Part shown: positions 10,279 to 22,070 of the stretch, one piece after another
Numbering within the stretch: position 1 is the first letter of the stretch
Layout: each line of letters opens with the position of its first letter
From: Pachysolen tannophilus NRRL Y-2460
Taxonomy: Eukaryota
NCBI GenBank assembly: GCA_001661245.1
Contig: KV454016.1
Coordinates: 62,001 to 126,000, forward strand
DNA: 64,000 bases
Direction: 5' to 3'
Program-made: the position numbers and the translations under genes
Notes under the pieces: model-generated
Told to the model about the DNA's origin: nothing
The model's database searches: none
Seen by the model: only the letters and a program-made list of their open reading frames with translations

Positions 10279-12063
10279 CTAATTGTCATCATCATTCCTG
10301 AACCTTGGAGGAGCCAATGGAACATATACAGAATTGTATAACTCATCATTTGTAGTAGTCCTAGCAGCCAAATTTCGAGTATCAATAAATTCAGGGCCCA
10401 ATTCAGAAATCTTTTGTACACCCAATAACCTCATACCTGTTTGTATTTCCGCTCTCAAAATTTGACATAAGCGAGCAACCCCATCTTCGCCGTAAGTTGA
10501 GTTAGCATACAAAAATGCTCTACCTAATCCTACACCTTTGGCACCAAGGCAAAGTGCCTTGATAATGTCGGTTCCTCTACGAACACCGCCATCTATATAT
10601 ATTTCGATCTTATCATGTAGACCATGCAGTTTTAAGATTGGCATTGTATCGTGCAATACTTCCAATGGGGATCTAGCAAATTCTAATTGTCTTCCCCCAT
10701 GATTTGAAATAACTACAGCATCTACACCATGTTTTGCAGCTAAGATAACATCTTCTGGTGTTTGAATACCTTTTATAACTATCGGAATATTCGTTTGTTT
10801 TTTGAAATCACCTATATCTTTCCATGTTAAAGAAGTATCAATAAACGAAGTAAGGGCTTTTGCTGCACCTTGAGATCTATCAACTTTCTCCTTTTGTGCT
10901 TCCATGATATCAGCATCATCAATATATTTCATTCTCTTATCCTTCTCTCTGTTTCCTAAAACTGGAGCGTCAACGGTAACAAAAATTCCCTTGATATTCT
11001 TCAATTTGCATTTCTCTATAAGGTTATAACTAATTGATCTATCAGGATTTACATATAACTGAAACCATTGTACCTGTCCAGGTTCAGCAGCATCAGTAAT
11101 ATCATCAAAAGAATAAGAAGCCAAGGTAGAAAACATTTGAATAACACCTTGACGGCCACAACCTCTAGCAATCCCTTTTTCGCCTTCCTCATGACCTAGT
11201 CTAGCAAGAGCAGTGGCTGAACAATAAAATGGAACAGAAGTTTTAGAACCTAACATTGTGGTAGAAGTATCTACTTCAGTAACATCAACTAAAACCCTAG
11301 GATTGAAAAAAACACGATGGAAAGCATAATGATTCTCTCTCAATGTGACTTCATCATCTGCTGCACTAGAATAATAGGCCCAGGCGTTTGGCAGTAGCGT
11401 TTTTTTAGCAATATATTCAAAATCAGAAACATTAAAAATTTGAGTAATTGGAGGCATATTTTCAACTCTTTGCAATCTTTCGATTTCCTCAGGGGATATT
11501 TCTTCTTCATCTTCCATATCCAATTGCCCAATTAAAGGTCCAAGATGTTTATCATGAGGTAAAAATTTATCAATGATATCTGGGGCATGAATTGGTGTAA
11601 AAATCTTTGTAGCATCTCTACCTGCATACTTAAGAATAATGGCCTTACCACCTGGGTGAATATTCATAAACTCCGTCAAGTCATAAACATTACCACCAAT
11701 TACAACCCAAACCCCATCATCAACTGTTGTATGTTTTTTCAATTCTTCAACACTTACACCTTTCGAAACTTCAAATTTTTTACTTGGTTTAACATCGACA
11801 TCCAACAATATAGGCGATAATGCCTTCACCGAATATATATAACTTAATCCAAAAATTAACCCAATCCCAACAACTGATAATAATCCAATACTCCTGGTAT
11901 TTCCCACATTGCCTCTATCGCCCTTCAGAAATACCTTATGAGTCGAGAACACTCTTTTTTCATTAAGATCATAAGTTAAGAATATAGTTGATTTGCCGGT
12001 ATTACAATTTTTGTACCGTCTGAAAAAACTACTTGAAAATCTTATCGACAATCCTGGTTTCAT
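10279..12063 (-). CDS. CYB2: Flavocytochrome b2 (L-lactate:cytochrome c oxidoreductase), mitochondrial
   Basis: Presequence and TM sorting segment, cytochrome b5 domain (HPGG), FMN domain (WFQLYV, SNHGGRQL, DGGVRRGTD). First ATG at 12063. Confidence 0.93.
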   Translation of the reverse strand: MKPGLSIRFSSSFFRRYKNCNTGKSTIFLTYDLNEKRVFSTHKVFLKGDRGNVGNTRSIGLLSVVGIGLIFGLSYIYSVKALSPILLDVDVKPSKKFEVSKGVSVEELKKHTTVDDGVWVVIGGNVYDLTEFMNIHPGGKAIILKYAGRDATKIFTPIHAPDIIDKFLPHDKHLGPLIGQLDMEDEEEISPEEIERLQRVENMPPITQIFNVSDFEYIAKKTLLPNAWAYYSSAADDEVTLRENHYAFHRVFFNPRVLVDVTEVDTSTTMLGSKTSVPFYCSATALARLGHEEGEKGIARGCGRQGVIQMFSTLASYSFDDITDAAEPGQVQWFQLYVNPDRSISYNLIEKCKLKNIKGIFVTVDAPVLGNREKDKRMKYIDDADIMEAQKEKVDRSQGAAKALTSFIDTSLTWKDIGDFKKQTNIPIVIKGIQTPEDVILAAKHGVDAVVISNHGGRQLEFARSPLEVLHDTMPILKLHGLHDKIEIYIDGGVRRGTDIIKALCLGAKGVGLGRAFLYANSTYGEDGVARLCQILRAEIQTGMRLLGVQKISELGPEFIDTRNLAARTTTNDELYNSVYVPLAPPRFRNDDDN

Positions 12064-12358
12064 TTCAAAGGAAAAGTAAAAATTTACAACCAACTATTTT
12101 TTTCAATTCCTTAAATATCAAGATTAATCTATATATATATATATATATATTTGTGAATGTTACTGCTATACCACTTATTCAGTTCAATATTGCACCTTGC
12201 AGTTATGGAAACCTTTTGAAATAAGAAGCACATATCCCACGCTAATAAAAAAAAAAAAAAAAAATAGAAAAAAGTGGCTCGATTGTTATTGAAAGAAGCC
12301 ATAGAAAACCAGATCTATATATATGACGAAGCAAAATATTCAAACACAAGAGTGTAAA

Positions 12359-14265
12359 TTATTCTTTTCCTATTAGAATGTAGCTTATTCCGATTAATGA
12401 AATACCGATAATAACCCATGTTAAGACAAATCTTTGAGTACCACCAAAACCGATAGCACTAGCAAACATTTGGAAACCAATAATAGTTAAAAATCCCGAA
12501 GTCAATGACATTAAACAACCAAATATATAATTAGTTGTTTCATCGTTTAAATCTAAGAATTTATCATTACCGAAGATAAGCCATGCAAAAACGGCACCAA
12601 ATGGCAGTGACATACTACCTAGTAATACTGAAATGGTGATTGCTTTCCATCTTGAATTTAAACCTAAATACATAGGTAAACACATTGTGAAACCTTCAAC
12701 AAAATTATGTATTGCTAATGATAAAAAAATAGTTAATCCTAATTCAGGATTTGCCTGTGATGTAGAATATGTTATAAAACCTTCTGGGAACTTGTGTAAA
12801 GTAACGGCAAGTAAAGTTTGCAAACCTATGGATAACAATCTAGATATTGGTGTTGTTATATGATGATGATGATCAAATTCATGTTCGCGATGAAGATCAT
12901 CTTCAGTCGGACCTTCCGTATCAAAATTGTTGTTATAATTGTTATTGTTGTGGTTATTGTTATTGTGGGTATTACTATTGTTGTTATTATTGTCAATTTT
13001 ATGCAAATGGAAATTAGCAGCTGCAAATACGTTTCGATTTAAAGGTTGATTATTACCATTCCCAATGACATTACCATTAGCATTACCATTTTCTTGCAAG
13101 ATAGGTGAATGAATAATATATTCTGAACTATGATTCAAACCATCTGCAGTTTTTTGTCTCTGTTGTTCAAAATATAACAAATTCTCAGTTGATGGTAACT
13201 CACAATAATGAAATGCTCGATCATTACCACCTTCTTGGAAACCAGTTGATCCATAATGATTTCCGGCATCATTATCGGAATTATTGTTATTAATATTATT
13301 ATCGCTGATAATTTTTTTTTCTTTTGATCACCAGTATCATTATTTTTTTTATAAAAATCATCCCTATTATTATCCAAACTACAATTATTTAGAATAATAC
13401 AATTTTCAAAACTGTCATAACCATGACAACTACCAACGAGATGATTATCTTTATGAAATACGCTTTGTAATTTTCTTAAAGATAAATCAATCAATGATTC
13501 TTTTTGTTTTAATGATTTCTTAGCAATTAAAGGGGTTGAATCATCATCATTATTATTATTAACATTTTCAATACCAGATAATGATGATACATCCTTTTGT
13601 GGTTGAGATTTATCACTAATCTGTTCACTCCCACTACAACTATTACTTTCATCAGTATTTGGTTTCCCATAATGAGTTCTTATAATAGTCATATGTTGAT
13701 GTTGATGCTCATGTGTTGGTTCGTCAGATTCCATATGATTTTCATCCAAATGTGAGTGTGTATGTAATTCAGCATGAGCTTCAACATCATAACTAGTATC
13801 ATTTGATGATTTATGACTTTCATTATGCCCATGATTGTGATTATGACTATGACCTCCAGGGCCTTCATAAACGCAATGCACTATACTTTCACTAGTAAAG
13901 AAATGTATTATCAGATTTAAAAAAGAACAAGTAGCTATTCCTAAAAGGTAAAATCCCAAAAGGTTTAACATTAAAATCTGTTGATCATTATTCATTAAAG
14001 ATTTCAGTTTCTCAAAATAATTCTGAGCTTCTGGAAGTAACTTAAACATAGAAGTAAACAATAAAGATCCCGCACTGAGTGATAATGAAGCCACCAAAAA
14101 TAATGTATTATTTGCAATTTTAAAAGGATGTTTTAAATAAAATTTTGGAAAAATTTTAGAATATATCAAATCAATTGTTATTATGAAACATCCAGCTATA
14201 CACATCATAGCTGAAAGAATGGTTAACACCCATCCTTGGTTCATCGATCCAAATATTAACCACAT
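12359..14265 (-). CDS. ZRT3: ZIP-family vacuolar zinc transporter, split into two ORFs by a -1 frameshift at the A9 run (13312-13320)
   Basis: The upstream ORF carries TM1-3 (SLSLSAGSLLFTS); the downstream ORF carries LHKFPEGF and IHNFVEGF. The downstream frame is open back to the A9 run. One extra A gives a single protein of about 635 aa with a His/Asn-rich loop. Confidence 0.85.
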
Positions 14266-14390
14266 CAAAGAATTCACCAGTTGGTTTCTTATCCAAGATA
14301 TTATCCTCTTTAAAAATCAAAAAAATGCAAAATTATAAATTCACCGCAACCACTATAGTTGTTGTATTTAATTGCAATTTTAAATACCTA

Positions 14391-14427
14391 GCCAGCCAGT
14401 CAGCCAGTCAGCCAGTCAGCCCAGTCA
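14391..14427. repeat. (CAGCCAGT)n short tandem repeat in the ZRT3 promoter
   Basis: gccagccagtcagccagtcagccagtcagcccagtca read directly. Confidence 0.8.
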
Positions 14428-15252
14428 AAAAAAAAAAATATAACCCAAATTCACTTTTTTGATATCACAAACACGACAAACAACTCTTCTCTTCTTTTTT
14501 TTATTTTTTTCTTTGTTTGTTTGGTTTTCCCCCCAAAACTCAAACAGCTAAATATTGAATGAAATGTTAGTAAAACCCAATTGAAATGTTATTGAATTAA
14601 TAAAGACATGAAAAAGGTGAAAAAGATCATATAAAGTGCAGTATGGTTCAGCGGTTAGTCTGTATTTTCATGTCAGATATGAATCTTAATCTACTACTGA
14701 TAAATTCTGGATAAATCTTCATTTAGAATCAGTTGTCCCTATCAAAAAAATCATCATTTTGTATATAAATAAAAAAAATACTTTTATGTGAAAACTTGAA
14801 CAAAATATCTGGCACAATTAAATCTTTAAACAATCCATCCATTAATAAGAAATTACATACTTTTTCTTCTTCTTCTCTGTCTCTCTCACACACTCTCTCT
14901 TCTTTTGAATTATTTTGAAATAATAATGTCTTGTTCTGGTCTCATCACATTGTAATATAAATATAAGAAGAAGTTTTTACAGATTTTTTTTTTGTTTTTT
15001 TTGTTTTTTTCTTCGCTATTTTTTTCGCTTTAAAAAGGGAAAATATTTCAGTAGGGTAAAAAGGCCAAATTGTATAAGATTAAAGAAGCTACAATGATAC
15101 AATGATACAATGATAACAGTTGTGATTTCATGACATTAAATCTTATATTCTAGTATGCTCTAACTAACGATATTTATAATAAAATAAAAATGATAAAATT
15201 GTTTTTGTTGAAGAAAGATTTTCTTTTCTTTTTTTTTTTTCTTCTCTCTCTC

Positions 15253-16638
15253 TTAGTAGGAAGGTATTAAACCTATTATTTCATCTATATTAATATTATT
15301 TCCGCTTAAAAAATTATTATCTACTCTTTTGCCTGACTTCATGCTTATATAATTGTTTAAAGCATTATTTAAATCAATAAAATCATAATCTGGATATTTA
15401 TTATTTAAATTAATGAGGATTTGTGTCAATTCTCTAATTAAAAGTTTATCATTATTTTTCATCATTGTTGAAGATTTGGAACTTAAATTAAAACTTATTG
15501 ATTTATAAATCAAATCATTTAAAAATTTTGAATTCATTTGTAAAAAATCATTATTAGCAAATTTCAAAATTAATGATTGAGAATGAGTTAAATTATTTTT
15601 TTGTAAATTTATAAAATTTAATAAATCTATTAAATAATTTTTGATTGAATTTAATTTCTCCTTATCATTAAAATTATTATTATTTAAAAACAGAAATGAT
15701 TCCCATAATAACCAATATGATTTGTTTAAATTTATTTCATGTGCAAGGTTTATAACTTCAATTGTTGGTTTTGTTAATAATAAAAATTTCCATAATACTC
15801 TTTCAGCAAATGAAGAAAGCTCATTTTTTTTAATAGCTAATAACCATTTCTTATTAAAATTTTTATATAAAAGTTTTTGTACAATTTCATAATTTTTTAA
15901 TGAATAATTTTTTTGTAAAATTGCAATATCTAAATCATTAAAATTATTTAATTTCCAATTTTTAATTAAATAATTTCCTTGATTTTTATCATTATTATTA
16001 TTATTATTAAAAATTTTATCAATAATATAACTTATCTTGGTAAAATTTTTATTAAATAATATTTCAATAGTTAATTTACTTGTTAATTTACCTGTATAAT
16101 AAAAATTATCAAAAAGTTCAATTAATTGTTGTTCATTTGTTATAGATTTTATTAATTTTCTTAATTCTGAAAATTTTAAAGAAAATAAATTCATATTATC
16201 CAACTTATTAGAATGTATAAGATCTAATCCATTTATAATACTATTAAAATGTTGATTTTCTATTGATTTAAAATCTTTATCCTTTGGTAAATTATTATCA
16301 TTTAAAATTTTTGTAATATTATTTATTGATTGAACCTTATCTAAAGAATTCGTTAACGAATTCAATAAAAATTTTGTATTATTCCTTCTATTCATTATTG
16401 GAGGGTTTCTTAGCATCTGAGATAAATTCATATCCTTTACTGGCTCCTCAGAACCCAATATCGAATATATGCTTATACGATTATCATTACCTTTATCATT
16501 ATCATTACTATCTTTCCCAATTCTTGCCTGAGTCCCAGTCTCGTTATCAACCAATTTCTTAGAGTTCAGTATTCCTCGAGCACTATATCCAGATACAAGT
16601 GTCTTCCTTACCGCTATAGATCTAATATATCGCAACAT
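15253..16638 (-). CDS. Uncharacterised protein, probably mitochondrial
   Basis: 461-aa ORF with an Arg-rich, acid-free N-terminus (MLRYIRSIAVRKTLVSGYSARG); N/K/L-rich; family not recognised. Confidence 0.65.
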   Translation of the reverse strand: MLRYIRSIAVRKTLVSGYSARGILNSKKLVDNETGTQARIGKDSNDNDKGNDNRISIYSILGSEEPVKDMNLSQMLRNPPIMNRRNNTKFLLNSLTNSLDKVQSINNITKILNDNNLPKDKDFKSIENQHFNSIINGLDLIHSNKLDNMNLFSLKFSELRKLIKSITNEQQLIELFDNFYYTGKLTSKLTIEILFNKNFTKISYIIDKIFNNNNNNDKNQGNYLIKNWKLNNFNDLDIAILQKNYSLKNYEIVQKLLYKNFNKKWLLAIKKNELSSFAERVLWKFLLLTKPTIEVINLAHEINLNKSYWLLWESFLFLNNNNFNDKEKLNSIKNYLIDLLNFINLQKNNLTHSQSLILKFANNDFLQMNSKFLNDLIYKSISFNLSSKSSTMMKNNDKLLIRELTQILINLNNKYPDYDFIDLNNALNNYISMKSGKRVDNNFLSGNNINIDEIIGLIPSY

Positions 16639-16870
16639 GACCTATACCTACCATAATCTTTTCAAATTCAATTTATAATTAAATTAAATAAAAAAAAAAG
16701 TAAAATACATACATACATTTTTACAAATCGGGCGATTTTCAAACCATCATAGATTTAAAAGAGCAAAAATCAATAAATATAAATATAATTTAATAAATAA
16801 ATAGAATAAATAGGATAAGTATATACAAAGAGATATATGATGGAGAGTGAGTGAGATGATATAGATGTAT

Positions 16871-17737
16871 TTAGATGAATTTTCTCACCTCTTTAAAAGT
16901 TTTTCTTGACCTTGTACTTTCTTTTGTTTTTGCATTGGTTTCATCATCAACCTGACCATTGATTAAATGATTCAAAGATTCATTTAAATTGTTTCTTAAA
17001 TGCCTATCATTGTTATTTTTATTTTCATTTGTGGCTTTCAGTGTAACCGTAACATCATCATCATCATTATCATAATCATTATCTTGAGAATTAGTATGAC
17101 CATCTTGAGACCAAGATAAGTTTCTTCTTTCTTCTAATTTAACTTTTAACATTGGTAAACTGATTAAATCATTTTTAATAATATTATTGAATTTTTCTAA
17201 AACTATTGGTTTTATTTGATATTTTATAATAATTTTTTCTTTTGTTAAAAATTTATCATTATCATTTGTAAAATTTGATGAAATTTTTTTAAAAGTTTCA
17301 GTTGTATTATAAAATTTTAAATCATCAATTAAATTTTTAATACTTTTCAGATCAATAAAAGATTTCAAATTTTCTGATAATATTAAATTATTATCTTGTT
17401 TTTCATTCAGTAATTCTTCTTTTTTCAAATTTAATAATTCCAATTCTTTTTTATAATTTTCTTCCATTATCTTTTTATTCTTTAATAAATTTAAAGATTC
17501 ATGGTTCAAATCAACACTCAGTGGTTCCTCCCTTGACTCAACTTTAACAAACTCATCAAGTCTCATATAATTTAAATTATCTTGATTGCCCTTATCTTCA
17601 ACATTCTTATAATTTTTTTTGGGAACAGAAAGTTGATCTATATTTGATGATCTAGTAAGCCTATTCAGTGAAGAATTTTTTTTGGGAAATTTAGCTAAAC
17701 TTCTTATAGTAGATTGCTTCGATACAGATGATCCCAT
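16871..17737 (-). CDS. Uncharacterised protein with an N-myristoylation-like start (MGSSVSK)
   Basis: First ATG at 17737; 288-aa ORF; family not recognised. Confidence 0.6.
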   Translation of the reverse strand: MGSSVSKQSTIRSLAKFPKKNSSLNRLTRSSNIDQLSVPKKNYKNVEDKGNQDNLNYMRLDEFVKVESREEPLSVDLNHESLNLLKNKKIMEENYKKELELLNLKKEELLNEKQDNNLILSENLKSFIDLKSIKNLIDDLKFYNTTETFKKISSNFTNDNDKFLTKEKIIIKYQIKPIVLEKFNNIIKNDLISLPMLKVKLEERRNLSWSQDGHTNSQDNDYDNDDDDVTVTLKATNENKNNNDRHLRNNLNESLNHLINGQVDDETNAKTKESTRSRKTFKEVRKFI

Positions 17738-17972
17738 ACTCCATTTGCAATCCTTTCCTACCAAAAAGAAATAGAAATAACCTATTTTATATATATATAT
17801 ATATAATATATTATATACTTTTATTAACAGTTTTCTTTTAAAATTATAGTATTTTCATTTATTTATATGGGTTTAGCAATACACACTACTTTAAAGTATT
17901 TATTATATATATTTATATATACAAGAATGAAATTGGAATAGATAATATGAATGATGATGATGATGATGATGA

Positions 17973-18947
17973 TCAAGTTGAGTAATAAACATTTCTCAAA
18001 TCAACAAGTTTTTTACCTCTTTGTGTTGCGATTTCATCCAATGTGATTTGTTTTTGTGTTAAAGCTTCAACTGTTCCTTTAACAACATTCATTCCATTTC
18101 TAGATCTATAAACTTTCCCAGCTAAATCTTTAATTCCAGCACATTCACAAATTTCAAAAATATGATGATTTACTCTAAGACCAAAACCTGGAGGTGCTGA
18201 TCTTAATTGTATTAAACATGAATGAAATTTATGTTCAATATCACCATATATTGTTCTATTTTCTAATCTTGGAATATGTTGTAAATTTTTAACAGCATTC
18301 CAATGAGCTTTTTTAATTGCTTTACTCAATTCAATCTTATCTTTACCTTCTCCAAGACCAACCATACCATTTCTATCACCAACTACAACTAAAGAATAAA
18401 ATGAAGCAATTTTACCCTTTGCTGTTTGATTAGAAACTCTTTTAATAACAAGTGGTCTTACAGATAAATTAGCAATATAATTTGCATTTAATCCAGTTAA
18501 TTTAGATAACTGCTCTGCTAAAAATTTCCTTTGATTAGAACTATTAGAATCAGGTAAAGAATGTCCCTTAGGTATATCTTGTCCAATAGGTTGTAAAGGT
18601 TTTTCAAAATCAGTTTGTATAGTAGTACTAAAATCCCAAAATGGATCAATCTTAGTAAAATCATCCAAATAATGAGGTCCAAACTCCCTTTGCAGTAATC
18701 TTCTCTTATTCCAATGTTCTGGCTTTATTGAACTTTCAGCAGCTTTAATCGATTCTAATATATCAGATGTATAATAATTAGATAAATTTTCTAAATGTTT
18801 TTCTTCATCTTCTTTCTTAAAATTTTTAACACCATCTTCATTATCATTCTTATTCTTTAAAGAAACCGTTGAATTGATAAATCTCCTAGAAACTCCACCA
18901 GATAACCGATAAAGAGACCCATAAATACTCCTACCGCTCAACAACAT
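17973..18947 (-). CDS. MRPS5: Mitochondrial small-subunit ribosomal protein uS5m
   Basis: [42 protein letters not shown] motifs; mitochondrial presequence. Confidence 0.93.
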   Translation of the reverse strand: MLLSGRSIYGSLYRLSGGVSRRFINSTVSLKNKNDNEDGVKNFKKEDEEKHLENLSNYYTSDILESIKAAESSIKPEHWNKRRLLQREFGPHYLDDFTKIDPFWDFSTTIQTDFEKPLQPIGQDIPKGHSLPDSNSSNQRKFLAEQLSKLTGLNANYIANLSVRPLVIKRVSNQTAKGKIASFYSLVVVGDRNGMVGLGEGKDKIELSKAIKKAHWNAVKNLQHIPRLENRTIYGDIEHKFHSCLIQLRSAPPGFGLRVNHHIFEICECAGIKDLAGKVYRSRNGMNVVKGTVEALTQKQITLDEIATQRGKKLVDLRNVYYST

Positions 18948-19434
18948 AATTCATAAAATGATGATAATACTACCAATAAAATTCTTTCTTTTTAATTATA
19001 TTCCAATACATTTTTACTTTTTACCATTTTTTTTTTCTTTGCCCACAGTGAAAAAAAAGCAAAAAAAATTGAACGAAAAAATTGGGTTTTAGTGACACGT
19101 CGAATGTTTTTTGTTTTGATTTGTGAACAATTAACACTAGAAAGAATTGGCAGAAACCTTCTTTTAACAATATCTTTTAAAGAACTGAGAATAGATTTTA
19201 CATGAGATGAGATGTAATTTCTTTAGCTTTATCAGTCAAGAGTGTCATGATGACTAATTCAAAAAAATATCCATTTATAATAGGTCAAAACTAAAACTCC
19301 TTTACCAAAATAAAAATAAAAAAAAAACTTATAAAACTATATGGTATACAATGTATACAATGTTTAAAACATTTCAAAAAAATTAAAAAATTAGTTCTCC
19401 TTCTCATTAATGTATATATATGTATTGATCTCGC

Positions 19435-21090
19435 TTAGTTCTTTTTCTTGATTTCTAATACTTCGTGTTCACAAATGGCTTCTTCGGGCACTGGGATATT
19501 ATTTGTGATTGTATTAATTGTAAAACTACCATTGCTATTTCTGCGGTCACTATTTGAATGATCATTCGTGTGATCATTTAAATTACCATTTAAATTACCA
19601 TTTAAATGGCCATTAAAATGGCCATTCCCATTTTCATGACCACCATTAGAAGAAGCTTGTAATTCTGCAATTTCCAATTGTAATTTTGTAACTTCTTTTT
19701 CAAATTTTTTACCAAATATATCCACATAATATGTTGCACCATTATAAGAAGCACATAAAAATATAAATGTTAAAAAAATTGTTGCTAATCTTTTATATTT
19801 AAACCATATTGGACATAAACACATTGTTAATAATTGATAACCAAATTGAATTAATGTAAAAGCCAGTATTGATAATGGTTCAGGTAAAGAATTTACAAAT
19901 TTACCTAATGGAGTCTTTGCATTTGATTTTCGAAGCCATGAAAAAGATGTAACTCTTCCAGCTTTTATCTTATCTGCTCTTTTAATTGTTATAAAATAAT
20001 GATAAATTGATTGCCATAATAGATAATATAAAGATGTCCATAATATTCCACTAACAAAATTCCAATTTCTTACACTTGCAGCTCCAGGAAATCTTTCTTC
20101 TCTATATTCTTGTGGTAATTGATGTATCATTACATACATAACTGTTGGAGGAGTAATATGTATAAATGATGAAGTTATTTTTTCAATTGAATGTAATACA
20201 AGTGAATTTCTCCAAGTTACTACAGCCCATGAAAGTGTACCAAAAGTGAAAGCAAAGCAAACAACAAATAAATGTTTTGAATTTGGGAAACACCATAAAA
20301 ATAACATTACTAATAAATTAACATAATAACATAAATCTGCCAAGAAATATCCATAACCTCTTTTCCAATAAGTTAAATATCGTATTGGCATTAATACACA
20401 AAAAAGTGTTGAATAATAAATATGAAAATAAGTTGGATATTTCAGAATAATAATTCCAGTTAAAAATACATTATATAAAGCAATTGCATAAAATAATTTT
20501 TCAGTTTTAGAAGCAACCATTGTTTCAGATACTTTTGTATTTAAACTATCCAATCTTTTAAGTATATTTGATTTTAATTTATCAATTTCTAAATCTTGTG
20601 TTGATTGAAAAATTTTTTCTTTTTGCTTTTTAGTAAAATTTGATATATTTCTTGATGAAGATTTAACTTTATCATAAGTTTTTTTCAAAGTTAATTCTGC
20701 TTGTGAAGGATCTAATAATTCAAAAAATGATACATTATCAGCTAATCTTGAAAATGATGAAACAGAATAACTTCTTGATAATTTATAAGAAGAAGAAGAA
20801 ATTCCTGATCCTGAATTTGTACTTTCTAAATCACTTTCCAGTTCCTTGATACTATTACTAGATGAAAGAGAAACACTAACATTAGCGCTAACGTTGTTGG
20901 TATTACTACCGCTGTTGGTGTTGTTATTGTTGTTACTGTTGTTACTACCGCCGCTGCAAGCGGCGGTACTACCACCCTTCATACCACCTACTCCATCTGC
21001 ACCATCTCCTCTCAGCAGCTCATATAACACTGACCCAAGATTCTTTTCATTCAACGACATATCACATAAACCACTATCAAACTTATCCAT
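19435..21090 (-). CDS. GPC1: Glycerophosphocholine acyltransferase (DUF2838, YGR149W-like)
   Basis: YFLADLCYYVN, WRNSLVLHS, TSSFIH, GRVTSF and YNGATYY motifs. Confidence 0.88.
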   Translation of the reverse strand: MDKFDSGLCDMSLNEKNLGSVLYELLRGDGADGVGGMKGGSTAACSGGSNNSNNNNNTNSGSNTNNVSANVSVSLSSSNSIKELESDLESTNSGSGISSSSYKLSRSYSVSSFSRLADNVSFFELLDPSQAELTLKKTYDKVKSSSRNISNFTKKQKEKIFQSTQDLEIDKLKSNILKRLDSLNTKVSETMVASKTEKLFYAIALYNVFLTGIIILKYPTYFHIYYSTLFCVLMPIRYLTYWKRGYGYFLADLCYYVNLLVMLFLWCFPNSKHLFVVCFAFTFGTLSWAVVTWRNSLVLHSIEKITSSFIHITPPTVMYVMIHQLPQEYREERFPGAASVRNWNFVSGILWTSLYYLLWQSIYHYFITIKRADKIKAGRVTSFSWLRKSNAKTPLGKFVNSLPEPLSILAFTLIQFGYQLLTMCLCPIWFKYKRLATIFLTFIFLCASYNGATYYVDIFGKKFEKEVTKLQLEIAELQASSNGGHENGNGHFNGHLNGNLNGNLNDHTNDHSNSDRRNSNGSFTINTITNNIPVPEEAICEHEVLEIKKKN

Positions 21091-22070
21091 TCAATTCCCC
21101 TCTATAATAAAAACAACAACAACAATAGACATATTAATAAATAAAAATAAAAAATAAATAATACTTTTTTTTTTGTACTACTTTATCTATGAACTCTTAA
21201 TTCAATTCAACTCATTCTATTTCCTAGTAAATAAGTAAGCAAGAAAAAATAGAAAAAGTAAAAAAAAAGAAAAGAAATACCTCCGCCAAGGAGATTTTAC
21301 ACATCCTTGTTTGTATGAGCGCACGTAATAAAAATACACTTTAATCTCTTCCTCCGCGGAAAAGGAAAACTTGATTGTAAAAACATAATTTTTTTAACCT
21401 TTTTCACATGCTCTCAAAAAATCAAATAAAAAAATCAAAAAATTAATTAAACTTTTAGGGTCCACGCGCGTGCTCTTCTCAATTTAAAGAGAAAAAGAAA
21501 AAAGGAAAAAAAAGAATTTTCTGTACGCGCGCGCACTACCCGGCAATAAATAAGAGATTCATTAGCTTAATGGGGAAAGAATCAGCGGTAAATTCAGCGG
21601 TAAGTTGAGCAATTATTTTTTTGCCTTTTTTAACCTTGCGTATCAACAAGGTTATAAATCTTTTATCTTATCTATAATATACAACCAATTTTTTCAACAT
21701 ATTTTAATCATTCCCTTTTCCATCTCTTGTAAGATAAAAATACTTTACTATCTTTTCCTCTATTTTTTTTTTATTTGTTTACTTTGTTTACTCTGTGTGC
21801 TTACATAAGCACATGTTCTTATTGGTTTTAAAAACGTGTTGATTTATAAACTTTTTTGGTATTATTTTTATTAATTTTTTTTTTTTTTTAACTAGTTTTT
21901 GCTTTGTGTATAAACAAACAAAATAAAAAATAGAAAAAGAGAGGGTAAGAAGGATAAATAATAATATTGGTATTATTGTTTTTATTTATACGAGATTTAA
22001 TCTATTTTACCTTCAAGTTCTTATCTATTTGTTCATTTTTTTTTTTCTTCTTCTTCAAAATTGAGAGAGA

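Noticed and set aside
16645..16720. Possible 5' intron (GTATGT on the minus strand) upstream of ORF 15253-16638
   Set aside because: No CTAAC-like branch point, and the ORF already begins with a good presequence.
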